From positions 4,933 through 68,932 of the forward strand of contig JBAZQN010000006.1 of NCBI GenBank assembly GCA_041645165.1: DNA of 64,000 nt, written 5' to 3'. Made by a program: the position numbers and the translations under genes. The stretch's first letter is position 1; every line of letters begins with the position of its first letter. The notes under the pieces were generated by a model, which was not told where the DNA came from, did not search any database, and saw only the letters and a program-made list of their open reading frames with translations. This DNA is from Patescibacteria group bacterium. Lineage in GTDB: Bacteria > Patescibacteriota > Patescibacteriia > 2-02-FULL-49-11. Of this stretch, positions 18,732 through 28,851 are shown piece after piece.

Positions 18732-20129
18732 CCCATCTCCCCCGACCGCCTTCCTCCCCAAAATCTTGAAGCAGAGCAATCGGTGCTGGGAAGCCTGCTT
18801 ATTGATAAAGAGGCAATTACGAAAATTGCCGATTTTTTGCATCCGGAAGATTTCTACCGCGACCTGCACGGGCTCATTTTTGAAACAATGCTTGAGCTCT
18901 ATGAGCGCAAAGAGCCCATCGACTTGCTCTCGCTTTCCGGACGGCTTGAAGAGAAAAAGAAACTGGAAATGGTGGGCGGGAGAGGATTTTTGGCAGGCCT
19001 TGCCAATGTGGTGCCCACGGCAAGCCACGTGGTGCACTACGGGCAGATCGTGCAGAAGAAGGCGATATTGAGGAGGCTTATTCATGCCGCCGCAGAAGTG
19101 GGTGAACTGGGATTCAATGAATCGGAAGACGTGGACGTGGTGCTCGATAAGGCGGAACAGCGGCTCTTCAATGTCTCGCAGCACAGCAGACGCCAAAATT
19201 TCGTCCCCGTCAAGCAGTTGCTTACCGAGGCATTTGATCGCATCGATGAGCTGCACCGCGAGTCAGGGAAACTGCGGGGCTTTAGGACAGGCTTCAAAGA
19301 ACTCGACCACAAGCTCGCGGGGCTCCAGCGCTCAAACCTCATCATTGTCGCGGCGCGGCCCAGCATGGGAAAAACGTCGCTCACCATAGACATCGCGCGC
19401 CATATCGCCACGCAGGAACATGTGCCCGTGGGTATATTTTCCCTTGAAATGTCAAAAGAGGAACTGGTGGACAGGATGCTCTGCGCAGAAGCGAACGTGG
19501 ACCTCTGGAAACTCCGCACCGGCAGGCTTTCGGACCGCGAAACGCCCCAAGGGGAAAGCGACTTTACCGCGATCGGCCGCGCCATGGGCACCCTCGCGGA
19601 GGCGCCTATTTATATTGATGATTCCGCGATACTCAACGTCATGGAAATCCGCACCAAAGCGCGGCGCTTGCATGCGGAAACCGGATTGGGATTCATCGTG
19701 GTAGATTACCTCCAGCTTATGGAAAGCGGCAGCAATCTGGAGAGCAGGGTCCAGGAAGTCGCGCAAATCACGCGGGGCTTAAAAGCGCTCGCCCGCGAAC
19801 TCAATGTTCCGGTACTCGCCGTGTCGCAGCTTTCGCGGCAGGCGGAAAACCGCCCCGGCTCCATTCCGCGCCTTGCCGACCTCCGGGAATCAGGATCCAT
19901 AGAACAGGACGCGGACGTGGTGATGATTATTTTCCGCGAAGAAATGTACAAGCCTGATACGCCGCGCAAGCACATCGCGGAAATCCATATCGCCAAACAC
20001 CGCAACGGCCCAACCGGTATTGTAGAACTCTACTTCGACGCGGAAAAAACCTCGTTTAAAAATCTGGAAAAGACAATGCCCATCACTAACATGCCACCTC
20101 CTCCTTCTGTTAGCAATCCATCATTTTAG
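18729..20129 (+). CDS. dnaB: replicative DNA helicase
   Basis: PPQNLEAEQSVLG, AARPSMGKT, DYLQLM, LRESGSIEQDAD; true start at 18729. Confidence 0.97.
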   Translation: MPISPDRLPPQNLEAEQSVLGSLLIDKEAITKIADFLHPEDFYRDLHGLIFETMLELYERKEPIDLLSLSGRLEEKKKLEMVGGRGFLAGLANVVPTASHVVHYGQIVQKKAILRRLIHAAAEVGELGFNESEDVDVVLDKAEQRLFNVSQHSRRQNFVPVKQLLTEAFDRIDELHRESGKLRGFRTGFKELDHKLAGLQRSNLIIVAARPSMGKTSLTIDIARHIATQEHVPVGIFSLEMSKEELVDRMLCAEANVDLWKLRTGRLSDRETPQGESDFTAIGRAMGTLAEAPIYIDDSAILNVMEIRTKARRLHAETGLGFIVVDYLQLMESGSNLESRVQEVAQITRGLKALARELNVPVLAVSQLSRQAENRPGSIPRLADLRESGSIEQDADVVMIIFREEMYKPDTPRKHIAEIHIAKHRNGPTGIVELYFDAEKTSFKNLEKTMPITNMPPPPSVSNPSF

Positions 20130-20189
20130 AATTTATCTGGCTACGCCAGATCTCGCATAGCGAGAGAGTTTAGAATTTATTATAAAAAT

Positions 20190-20477
20190 ATGACTATCTT
20201 CTCCAAGATCAAAGCAGTGCGCGACCTGCGCTCGCAAGCGAAAGAAATGCAATCCGTGCTCCAGGACGTCCACGTGGAAACGGAACACAAAGGCACAAAA
20301 ATCATGCTCAACGGAAACCTCGAAGTGGAAAGCCTCACGCTCAACCGCGAACGCAGCGTATCTGATCTGCAAAACGACCTGAAAGACCTCCTCAACGACG
20401 CGCTGAAAAAAACCCAGCGCAAGATGGCGGAAACCATGCGAGCATCTGGAAAAATGAATTTACCAGGCCTCTCTTAA
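20190..20477 (+). CDS. ybaB: YbaB/EbfC nucleoid-associated protein
   Basis: 95 aa, AKEMQ..L motif, upstream of recR. Confidence 0.8.
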   Translation: MTIFSKIKAVRDLRSQAKEMQSVLQDVHVETEHKGTKIMLNGNLEVESLTLNRERSVSDLQNDLKDLLNDALKKTQRKMAETMRASGKMNLPGLS

Positions 20478-20504
20478 GGACAAGGGAAGGTTACTTTCAA
20501 TATA

Positions 20505-20613
20505 ACAAATCCCAAACCCCAATTTCCAATGACCAAGTAAATCCCAATGCATCAATGACCAAATTTGGACATTTGGATTTTGAGCTTTATTGGGAATTGG
20601 TCATTGGGATTTC
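20505..20613. repeat. heptamer-repeat hairpin between ybaB and recR
   Basis: caaatcc/caatttc/caatgac versus ttgggaa/ttggtca/ttgggat. Confidence 0.75.
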
Positions 20614-20642
20614 TCCATATAAGTCTCTAATTTTACAGTATT

Positions 20643-21263
20643 GTGCAATACCCCTCACCTATTCAAAACCTCATCAATGCATTCAAATCCCTTCCCGGCG
20701 TCGGCCCCCGTACCGCAGAACGCTATGCTTTCGCGCTGTTCCATAAGCCTGAAGAAGAGCGGCAATCCATCGCGGCAGCCATACAAAACGCTTCCCGGGT
20801 AAAACAATGCACGCAATGCAATAATTTTAGCGAGAATACCCGCTGCCACATTTGCGCAGATATGCGCAGGAATCAACGCACTATCTGCGTCGTGGCTGAA
20901 GTACAGGATCTTGCGGCCATGGAAAGGGCAGGTGAATTCCGCGGCGTGTATCATGTGCTCGGGGGATTGCTGTCTCCTCTTGAAGGCACGTCACCTAAGG
21001 AGTTAAAAATTGAACAGTTGCTGGTAAGAATAAAGCAGCTAAATAATCCCCCCGCGCCTGACAGCGCAGCCATACTTGAAATCATCCTAGCCTTTGACCA
21101 GACGCCGGAGGGAGAATCAACCGCCATCTACCTCGCGAAAGAGCTCAAAACCACCGGCGCAAAGATCACCCGCTTGGCCCGTGGCCTTCCCACAGGATCA
21201 GACCTCTCCTACGCGGACGAAATGACGCTCACGAACGCGCTATTGGGGAGAAGAGAAATGTAA
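20643..21263 (+). CDS. recR: recombination mediator RecR
   Basis: LPGVGPRTAER, C4 zinc finger, toprim, YADEMTL. Confidence 0.95.
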   Translation: MQYPSPIQNLINAFKSLPGVGPRTAERYAFALFHKPEEERQSIAAAIQNASRVKQCTQCNNFSENTRCHICADMRRNQRTICVVAEVQDLAAMERAGEFRGVYHVLGGLLSPLEGTSPKELKIEQLLVRIKQLNNPPAPDSAAILEIILAFDQTPEGESTAIYLAKELKTTGAKITRLARGLPTGSDLSYADEMTLTNALLGRREM

Positions 21264-21290
21264 TAAAAAACATCTGTGGAAAACTCCTTC

Positions 21291-21319
21291 TTGACCAAAA
21301 AATACATATCCCCTACACT
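21291..21319 (+). promoter_or_regulatory. putative sigma70 promoter
   Basis: TTGACC-17 nt-TACACT. Confidence 0.5.
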
Positions 21320-21634
21320 TTTACTACTTATGCCACAGCCACGCGCAATTATCCTTAACGTCGTCCTTGCAAACGGGATACTCCCGTGTGGTTTGGCGTA
21401 AGTAACGGATAGAAATAAAAATAAGGACGCCGACCCCCACGGGCCGGCGATTTTAGTTCTTTATAAAATAAATTTGGTTTTAGACGTGAGTCAATTATTC
21501 GTAATAACTGACTTTCGCTTAAAACCTGCTGGTCGAGGGAATTAAACCCCCAAATACCGGCTAGTGGCGGACGTCACAATAATCATTCGTCACGCCAAAG
21601 GTTTTAAAGCCCTGTGCCATAAACGCAGGGCTAC

Positions 21635-22822
21635 TTATTTTACAATCCCATACTTCTTCCCCAATTTCACAAATGCAGACACAAGGGTATCGATTTGCGT
21701 GGTGGTGTGCGCGGCTGAAATTTGCACGCGAATGCGCGCGCGCCCCATAGGCACCACCGGATAACTGAATCCAATCACATAAATCCCTTCCGAGAGCATG
21801 TCTTCTGCTACCCCTAACGCCACTTTCCCCTCGCCGACAATCACGGGCACGATGGGATGGACCGATGCGGGGAGCGTGAAACCTGCCTCAGCCATCTTCG
21901 CACGGAAATGCTTCGTATTATCCCACAAGCGTTCTCGCAACTCCGGATGACCCTTAAGGTGCTGCAATACCGCAATCGTCGTGCCTGCCACGACAGGGGG
22001 CAATGCATTGGTAAACAAACTGGTGCGCACGCGCTGTTCAAGCAGCTCAATTAATGCCGAGGGTCCTGCGATACAGCCGCCGGTTGCGCCGCCCAAAGCT
22101 TTGCCAAACGTGGTAGTGATCACGTCCACCCGATCCTCCACGCGGTGGTATTCATGCGTGCCGCGCCCCGTATCTCCCATGAAACCCGTGGCATGCGAAT
22201 CATCCACAACCACCACGGCATTATATTTCTCCGCCAAATCGCATATCTGCGGCAAGGGCGCGATCTCCCCTTCCATGCTGAATACTCCGTCCGTCACGAT
22301 ACACCGCACGCGTTTGCCTTGGGTCGCTTTCAGTTTCTCCTCAAGACCATGTAAATCCAAATGCGCGTATACGTGCCGTTCTGCTTTGCACAGCCTTAAC
22401 CCGTCAATAATGCTCGCATGATTCAGGGCATCGCTTATCACTGCGTCTTCTTCATTCAGCATCGCGGCAAAAAGGCCTTCATTGGCATCCCAGCAAGAGC
22501 CGAACGCCAATGCAGATTCTTTCTTCAAAAACGCGGCCGTCTCGCGCTCAAGGTCCTTGTGCACTGTCTGCGTGCCGCAAATGAACCGCACCGATGACAA
22601 ACCATACCCATACCGGTCAAGCGCCTTTTTTGCCTCATCAACCAAAATATCGCTGCCTGCAAGCCCTAGATAATTATTCGCGCAAAAATTAATCACCTCT
22701 TTCCCCTGCGTCCTCACCACCGCGCCTTGTCTGCTCTCAAGCACGCGCTGGGATTTATAGAGACCTGAACTCCTTATTTCTTCAAGGACTTTCGTAATAA
22801 TTGGCTGTAGCGAAGAGAACAT
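21635..22822 (-). CDS. kbl: glycine C-acetyltransferase
   Basis: NFCANNYLGL, SVRFICGTQ, DDSHATG, TFGKALGG. Confidence 0.95.
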   Translation of the reverse strand: MFSSLQPIITKVLEEIRSSGLYKSQRVLESRQGAVVRTQGKEVINFCANNYLGLAGSDILVDEAKKALDRYGYGLSSVRFICGTQTVHKDLERETAAFLKKESALAFGSCWDANEGLFAAMLNEEDAVISDALNHASIIDGLRLCKAERHVYAHLDLHGLEEKLKATQGKRVRCIVTDGVFSMEGEIAPLPQICDLAEKYNAVVVVDDSHATGFMGDTGRGTHEYHRVEDRVDVITTTFGKALGGATGGCIAGPSALIELLEQRVRTSLFTNALPPVVAGTTIAVLQHLKGHPELRERLWDNTKHFRAKMAEAGFTLPASVHPIVPVIVGEGKVALGVAEDMLSEGIYVIGFSYPVVPMGRARIRVQISAAHTTTQIDTLVSAFVKLGKKYGIVK

Positions 22823-22834
22823 ATCTCATGAATT

Positions 22835-22945
22835 AATTCCCAAATCCCAATGCCCAATTCCCAATAAAATCCCAAACCTAAAAATCCAAACATTGAAGCA
22901 TTGGGGTTTAAAGTATTGATTGGTCATTGATCATTGATCATTTAT
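22835..22945. repeat. heptamer-repeat hairpin between tdh and kbl
   Basis: cccaaat/cccaatg/cccaatt versus attg..c repeats. Confidence 0.65.
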
Positions 22946-22953
22946 CAATGCGG

Positions 22954-24129
22954 CTACTTCTGCATATCAAATATCAACTTCGGATGTTCAGCCATTTTTT
23001 GCTCTAAAAGTTCAGGGGTAAACGCGGAAAGAGGTATGACCGTGCCATTGCCGCCGCGCAATATGATATTCCAAATATCATCCTGCAGTCCGTTCGAGAC
23101 GTCGGAGAGGAGGCGGTGCATCGTATGCCATGTGTTGAATATCTGCCTGCCGATAATATTATGGATGGTGATGCCTTTCATCACCATGCGGGAAAAATTT
23201 GTGATTACGAAATCCCCGTCCTTGATGCCGAAAAATACCACATGGCCGCCCGGACGCACCGCCTCAAGGCAGTTATTGACCGAGGAATTAAAGCCTGCCA
23301 TTTCCATGGCAATATTGACCCCCTTGCCGCGTGTGATGCCCTTTATCGCCTCTACGACTTCTGTATCAGCCGCATACTCATGGGCTTTATCCTTTCTCTC
23401 AATCTTAATGGTATGGTGAGCTCCCAATGCTTTGGCCATATCCAACTGGCTGCGGTCAGTGTCAATCCCTATGATGAGCGATGCCCCGTATCGGCGAGCG
23501 AGCGCAATGGAGAAAAGCCCTATTTGCCCGCATCCAAAAATAGCGACTGTAGCGCCGCGCAGCTCCAGAGAGGTAAGCGCATGCACGGCATTGCCGATCG
23601 GATCATAGATGGCGCAAATTTCCGGCCGCACCGCGCCCGTATCAACCCTCCAGAGATTCCTTGCCGGCAGCTTCACGTATTCTGCAAAGACCCCGTCAAT
23701 GCTGATGCCGAGGATGAGCTGGTCTTGGCACACCTCTTGCATCCCCGTGCGGCACTGCAGGCATTTCCCGCACGTAACGTGCGAGTCTCCCGTAACCATG
23801 TCCCCTTCCTTAATGCCGTAGAGATGCTCCACCTGCGACCCCGCCGCAACGACTTCGCCTAAAAATTCATGCCCTAAAATGCGCATGCGCTTGCCCTCGC
23901 GCTTCAATGATGTGTGGATCATCTCCGAGAACGCCTGGCGTTTCCAAATCCCGCGGTCAGAACCGCATATCCCCGCGTAGAGAATTTTCAAAATGATAAA
24001 CGCCGCCTCCTTCGGGTCAAGGCGCTCATTAAGCTCCGGATAAAGCACCTCGCGCTTCATAAATCCGCGCGAGGTCTCCCATCCGTCTTTTTCGAGGTCG
24101 AGCGTGAGAGCTTGGATGGAGGCGGACAT
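22954..24129 (-). CDS. tdh: Zn-dependent dehydrogenase, L-threonine 3-dehydrogenase-like
   Basis: GICGSD, GHE, CGKC..C, GCGQIG; adjacent to kbl. Confidence 0.8.
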   Translation of the reverse strand: MSASIQALTLDLEKDGWETSRGFMKREVLYPELNERLDPKEAAFIILKILYAGICGSDRGIWKRQAFSEMIHTSLKREGKRMRILGHEFLGEVVAAGSQVEHLYGIKEGDMVTGDSHVTCGKCLQCRTGMQEVCQDQLILGISIDGVFAEYVKLPARNLWRVDTGAVRPEICAIYDPIGNAVHALTSLELRGATVAIFGCGQIGLFSIALARRYGASLIIGIDTDRSQLDMAKALGAHHTIKIERKDKAHEYAADTEVVEAIKGITRGKGVNIAMEMAGFNSSVNNCLEAVRPGGHVVFFGIKDGDFVITNFSRMVMKGITIHNIIGRQIFNTWHTMHRLLSDVSNGLQDDIWNIILRGGNGTVIPLSAFTPELLEQKMAEHPKLIFDMQK

Positions 24130-24195
24130 AGCCAAGAAGTTAGAAGCTGAAATTTGGAATTAACAATACCGTATACAATAATCCGATAGCCTCTT

Positions 24196-24246
24196 GTCAT
24201 TCCCGCCCCGTATCACGGTACGGGGTAAACTCCGGCGGGAATCCAG
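24196..24246. repeat. REP-like GTCATTCCCGC...GCGGGAATCCAG unit
   Basis: Near-identical to 26633-26683. Confidence 0.8.
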
Positions 24247-24337
24247 AATGAAAAATAAATATAAAAATCCTCCAACGCTAGAGAGGATTCTTTATGGTAA
24301 TAATGGGCTCTAATCGACTTGTCCTGTAGCGGATCCC

Positions 24338-24664
24338 CTAGCCACGTATCTTAGTAATTTTAATTTCCGTGAACATCTGCCGATGGCCCTGCTTTTTGTA
24401 ATAGCGGGTCTTGGGCTTGAATTTGATAATGGTCACTTTCCTTGCGCGTCCCTGCTTTACTACGGTTGCCTCCACCGCGGCATTAGCGACATATGGCGTG
24501 CCGACCTTCACCTCGCCGCCAGTCTCCTGCGCAACCAGCAATACTTCCCCAAAGATTATTTCAGCACCCTCTTTCGCTTCGAGCTTTTCCACGCGCAAAA
24601 CTGTACCTTCTTTCACAAGGTACTGCTTCCCGCCTGTCTTAATGACCGCTATTTGAGTATCCAT
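24338..24664 (-). CDS. rplU: 50S ribosomal protein L21
   Basis: AVIKTGGKQY, GHRQ; probable start MDTQ at 24664. Confidence 0.95.
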   Translation of the reverse strand: MDTQIAVIKTGGKQYLVKEGTVLRVEKLEAKEGAEIIFGEVLLVAQETGGEVKVGTPYVANAAVEATVVKQGRARKVTIIKFKPKTRYYKKQGHRQMFTEIKITKIRG

Positions 24665-24742
24665 ACACATTTGCGCTTCGCACAAATCGCTGATCAACGC
24701 AGATCGTCACGCATGCAATGACGCAGATTTACGCAGATGATT
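24665..24742. repeat. degenerate 9-mer (ACGCAGA-type) repeat
   Basis: acgcagatc / acgcagatt / acgcagatg. Confidence 0.55.
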
Positions 24743-24802
24743 ATAACTTCAATATCCTCCTCTATTCTATCCTAAAACCTTATGAATAGTCAAATAATAA
24801 TA

Positions 24803-25291
24803 CTACCTATTCCCTGATACTCCTACATCATTATTAATCTCATTTTTTTCAGCCCACCCTGCGGGTACCTCAAGGACATGGGTCACGAGGCTGGGAGGAG
24901 AGTAGGTTGGCAACGGTGAATATTCATTGACTGGCGCGGGCACGTTGGGCGTAACGCCGATGACCTTATCGTGGTAAATCCAGATGATATCAATCGAGAA
25001 CCGCATCTCCTTCATCCAGAATGAAGGCATGGAGGGAGGATCGAAGACAAAGAGCATTCCCTTCCCTTCATCCAAACCTGCCCTGCCTGAAAACCCTTTG
25101 GCTTTCTCTTCTGGCGTGCGCATTACCTCAACCTGCACGGGAATGCCGTTGAGGGTGATCGTGGTAACTCTTTGCGTTGACGCATCTTCATTTTCCGCCG
25201 GAGGCACGGCAACTTTTTGCCGGGCGGTGAGGGAGCAGCCGGATAAAGAAATACCTATTAGAATTATGATGAGAAAAAAGATACGGGACAT
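24803..25291 (-). CDS. DUF192 family lipoprotein
   Basis: GMLFVF, FWMKEM.FSIDIIW, VLEVPAG; lipobox LSGC. Confidence 0.9.
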   Translation of the reverse strand: MSRIFFLIIILIGISLSGCSLTARQKVAVPPAENEDASTQRVTTITLNGIPVQVEVMRTPEEKAKGFSGRAGLDEGKGMLFVFDPPSMPSFWMKEMRFSIDIIWIYHDKVIGVTPNVPAPVNEYSPLPTYSPPSLVTHVLEVPAGWAEKNEINNDVGVSGNR

Positions 25292-25404
25292 ACCTTAGTG
25301 AAAATGACCAATTAGTACAAAAACACCTTACACGATAAAGTTCAAAATCTCACCGCTTCAGCGGGACCCGCATACCTTAGATAAATTAGTTCAATGTGCG
25401 GGAC

Positions 25405-25530
25405 AAAGCTCAAATGCCAAATGAAATCCAAAATTCCAATGCCAAAACTTTAACATTGAGGTTTTGACATTCCTTTGAACTTTGAAATTTGTCATTTGAA
25501 CTTATCAATGGCGGGGTTTGGAATTTCTTT
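25405..25530. repeat. heptamer-repeat hairpin
   Basis: caaagct/caaatgc/caaatga versus tttgaac/tttgaaa/tttgtca. Confidence 0.7.
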
Positions 25531-25533
25531 CAA

Positions 25534-26592
25534 TCATGTTCGTTTCTTATACCTCACTACTACCACAATCGCCAGCAGCACCATAACAATCCCCAGCACA
25601 AGAAGCGCCATCACCTTTTGCTGGCTTTGTAAAAATAATGATGAAGTGCCGAAAAATGCGGTGAAACCCCAGAGCACAAACACCGCCTGCCGGTGGGTCA
25701 ATCCCGCATCCAGAAGCCTGAAATGAAGATGCTTGAGATCCGCAGATGCAAAAGAAGTCCGCTCCAAAAAAATCCTCCTCACGACCACCCACGCCACATC
25801 CAGAATGGGGATCCCCATGATAAGAAGCGCGGTGGCTATTTTCGCGCCGGAAATTATGGCAAGCACGCCTAAGAGGTATCCGATGAGCGTTGATCCGCCT
25901 TCACCTAAAAAAATAGAAGCCGGATGAATATTAAAGGCAAGGAATCCAAGGCACGCGCCTGCCACCATGAGCGCTAAATAAGAGGTGCCCGAAAGCGGCA
26001 CATCCCAATAGAGGGAAACCATAAAAAGGATAAATGCGCCGATCGCGCCAATCCCCGCCACGAGCCCATCGAGTCCGTCCAACAGCTTTGTGGTATACGT
26101 CATGCCGAGAAGCCAAATCCCTGCGATGGCAGACCCGAACCAGGGAGAAATATACAGGAGCGCGCGCCCATAAGGGCCAGTGCCTGCGACAAATGGATTA
26201 GTGACATACTGGACGCCTATCCCCGCCGCAAGGGACACTACTACTGCGGTTATGGGAAATAAAAATTGCCGCCACGGCTTTAATCCTTTCGCGTCGTCCC
26301 ACATGCCGCCGCCGACCAGCAAGAGGGACGCAAGAACAATGCCTAACAATTGCGTATTGCCAATCCTCGCATCATTGAGTAACCCCAAACGCCACGCGAT
26401 AAAACCTACCCCCACCAATGCAAGCCATAATGCTAATCCTCCCCAAAGAGGAGTAGGAGACGGATGGCGTTTACGCTCCTGGTTAGGAAGGTCTACGGCG
26501 CCTTTTGCGCGCGCAAACCTAAGCACCAGCGGCGTGCATAGTGCTGCGAGCGCCATAGAGCTGAAAAATACTAAAAACCGTTCTATGTTCAT
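25534..26592 (-). CDS. WecA/TagO (MraY-like) UDP-GlcNAc-1-P transferase
   Basis: PTPLWGG, DD, DGLDGL, IFLGEGGS, HLHFRL. Confidence 0.9.
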   Translation of the reverse strand: MNIERFLVFFSSMALAALCTPLVLRFARAKGAVDLPNQERKRHPSPTPLWGGLALWLALVGVGFIAWRLGLLNDARIGNTQLLGIVLASLLLVGGGMWDDAKGLKPWRQFLFPITAVVVSLAAGIGVQYVTNPFVAGTGPYGRALLYISPWFGSAIAGIWLLGMTYTTKLLDGLDGLVAGIGAIGAFILFMVSLYWDVPLSGTSYLALMVAGACLGFLAFNIHPASIFLGEGGSTLIGYLLGVLAIISGAKIATALLIMGIPILDVAWVVVRRIFLERTSFASADLKHLHFRLLDAGLTHRQAVFVLWGFTAFFGTSSLFLQSQQKVMALLVLGIVMVLLAIVVVVRYKKRT

Positions 26593-26631
26593 TGAAGATG
26601 ATTATTAGTAGACTTTCCCAATTGCCCTCAC

Positions 26632-26768
26632 TGTCATTCACGCCCCGCATCACGGTACGGGGTAAACTCCGGCGGGAATCCAGAACAATTCAATCAATAT
26701 TATTATGCTTATTTCTGGATCCCCGACCCCGTATCTCGGTACGGGGCAGGTTCTGGTCGGGGATGACA
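26632..26768. repeat. paired REP-like element overlapping ruvX 3' end
   Basis: TGTCATTC...GAATCCAG then CTGGATCCC...GGGATGACA. Confidence 0.8.
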
Positions 26769-27172
26769 TTGAATGGTGAATGTCCAGTAGTATTATTTAA
26801 GTATGTATCAAGTAACAATTGCGCCGCGAGCGCGTGTTCGTCCGCGCTCTTACCTTGATTCTTTTTTTTGGCTTCTGCCGTGGTGAAACGCTCATCTACC
26901 GTTTCCACCGGCACATTCAGGAATTCTTCCAATTCACATACGAATTTCTGCACTTCAGAGGATGCGGCGCCTTGCGCGCCTTTAAGGGTAAGCGGTAAAC
27001 CTACCACTGATTTAAGTATGCCTTCAAATTCTACGATCTTCTCAAGGTCTTGAAAGAGCTTTTTGCGGCTCGTGACCTCCAATGTTTTATAAGGAAAAGC
27101 CATCTTCCCTTCTTCGTCAGTCACGGCAAGCCCCACATGCTTTCTGCCATAATCTATTCCGAGAATTTTCAT
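26690..27172 (-). CDS. ruvX: RuvX/YqgF pre-16S rRNA nuclease
   Basis: ILGIDYGRKHVGLA, VVGLP, VDERFTT. Confidence 0.93.
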   Translation of the reverse strand: MKILGIDYGRKHVGLAVTDEEGKMAFPYKTLEVTSRKKLFQDLEKIVEFEGILKSVVGLPLTLKGAQGAASSEVQKFVCELEEFLNVPVETVDERFTTAEAKKKNQGKSADEHALAAQLLLDTYLNNTTGHSPFNVIPDQNLPRTEIRGRGSRNKHNNID

Positions 27173-27212
27173 AAAAATTAATTCAACTGAATGACTAAAT
27201 GACTTAATGTCT

Positions 27213-27971
27213 TTATGGCTCAGTTAATATCTCACATCCATTTTCAGTAATAACGATGGTATGTTCGTAATGCGCGCTTAAATCTCCGTCCTGCGTGACC
27301 ACGGTCCAGCCGTCGTCCAGTGTCTTCACGCGCCAGTCGCCCGCCGTGATCATGGGTTCAATCGCGATTGTTGCACCCGCAGGCAGCACATCGCCCACAA
27401 AAGGTGATTTAAAATTTGGTACCTCGGGTGGCTCGTGCAGCGCGCGCCCCACCCCATGCCCCACAAGATCGCGCACCACGCCAAATCCCTGCGCCACCAC
27501 ATATTCCTCTATCGCCGTGCCGATTTCCCCTACCTTCACGCCTGCCCTAACCATACTCACGCCGCATTTAAACGCTTCCTGAGCCGCATTGATCAGCCTT
27601 GTGGCTATAGGGGTCACTTTCCCCACAGGAACGGTCAACGCCGCATCCACGCATAAATCCTCATACCACAGACCAAGATCAAGCCCTACAATATCCCCTT
27701 CTAGGAGCGCGCGGATGCGCCTCCCGTTTCCATGCACCACTTCCTCATTCACCGATGCGCACAATGTGGAAGGGAACCCTTTATAACCCAAAAAGGCCGG
27801 GATTGCCCCTGCCTCACGAATCATTTTTTCCGCACTCCGATCCAGTTCCTTTATTACTACTCCCGGCGCTACTTGCTTTGCCACCTCAGCTAACACCCGC
27901 GCAAGAATCTTGCCCCCTTTGCGCATTTTCTCTATCTCATCTTCTGACTTGGGAATAATCTTTACAGTCAT
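27213..27971 (-). CDS. map: type I methionine aminopeptidase
   Basis: SVNEEVVHG, GHGVG, AIEPM, SAHYEHT. Confidence 0.96.
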   Translation of the reverse strand: MTVKIIPKSEDEIEKMRKGGKILARVLAEVAKQVAPGVVIKELDRSAEKMIREAGAIPAFLGYKGFPSTLCASVNEEVVHGNGRRIRALLEGDIVGLDLGLWYEDLCVDAALTVPVGKVTPIATRLINAAQEAFKCGVSMVRAGVKVGEIGTAIEEYVVAQGFGVVRDLVGHGVGRALHEPPEVPNFKSPFVGDVLPAGATIAIEPMITAGDWRVKTLDDGWTVVTQDGDLSAHYEHTIVITENGCEILTEP

Positions 27972-28002
27972 AATAACGAAAGAAATCGTCTCCTATTGGC
28001 GA

Positions 28003-28146
28003 GGTATTCGCATTCCAGACCATCTCGAGGCTTCGCGGGCATGGTCTCCGACTCCGCCGACTGGCGGATGTCGGAGGAGCGAAACCGAGAGCTGAGCGAC
28101 GCGAGCCACGCTGGGGCGAGCAAGAGTGTCTGGATATGCGGATACC
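28003..28146. repeat. structured palindromic element between adk and map
   Basis: GGTATTCGCATTCCAGAC...GTCTGGATATGCGGATACC terminal stem with inner hairpins. Confidence 0.7.
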
Positions 28147-28153
28147 GAGTGTC

Positions 28154-28813
28154 TTAATGTATTCCTAATTTCCTGAAAATTTCTTTTCGTACCTCCACCA
28201 CCGTCTGTTCGCCGTTCACCTCCACCACCCATCCTTTCGTGCGAAAATACTCAACGGCGGGCACCACTTCCTCCTGATAAAATTGGATGCGTTTCATTAT
28301 CGCTTGTTCATTGGTGTCGTAATCGCGCACTTCCACCGCTGCGCCATCAATCGGGCACTGCGTAAAATTACGCCCGATTAATATATGACCATTCACGCAT
28401 ACGCTGCGGTTCAACAGCCGCCGTTTCAACTCTTCTCCTTGCACTTCGATGACAAGCGCTTTTACGTTGGTACGCCCGAGGCGCCGAAGCATGTCCTCGA
28501 GCTGTCTCGCTTGCCCGACCCGCCGCGGATACCCATCTATAAGCAAACCCTTGTGCGAAGGGATGGAAATAATTTTTTCCTCCACCAGTTGCAATACTTC
28601 CTCATCAGGCAAGTACCTTCCTGATTCGTATACGTCTTTCACGTGACGCCCCCACGCCGAGTCCTCTTTTGCTTTTTCGCGTACGATCTCCCCTGCTTCC
28701 ACTTTTTCCAAATTGAGCGCTTTTAATATAAAATCCCCTTGCGTGCCCTTGCCGGAGCCAGCAGAGCCGAAGAGGATCACCGTAAGAGGTTCATTCTTTG
28801 CATGAGATTCCAT
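28154..28813 (-). CDS. adk: adenylate kinase
   Basis: GSAGSGKGTQ, LIDGYPR; position after secY. Confidence 0.9.
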   Translation of the reverse strand: MESHAKNEPLTVILFGSAGSGKGTQGDFILKALNLEKVEAGEIVREKAKEDSAWGRHVKDVYESGRYLPDEEVLQLVEEKIISIPSHKGLLIDGYPRRVGQARQLEDMLRRLGRTNVKALVIEVQGEELKRRLLNRSVCVNGHILIGRNFTQCPIDGAAVEVRDYDTNEQAIMKRIQFYQEEVVPAVEYFRTKGWVVEVNGEQTVVEVRKEIFRKLGIH

Positions 28814-28851
28814 ACATTCATTCAAAATGTTTCTACCACCAAGTTTGACTC

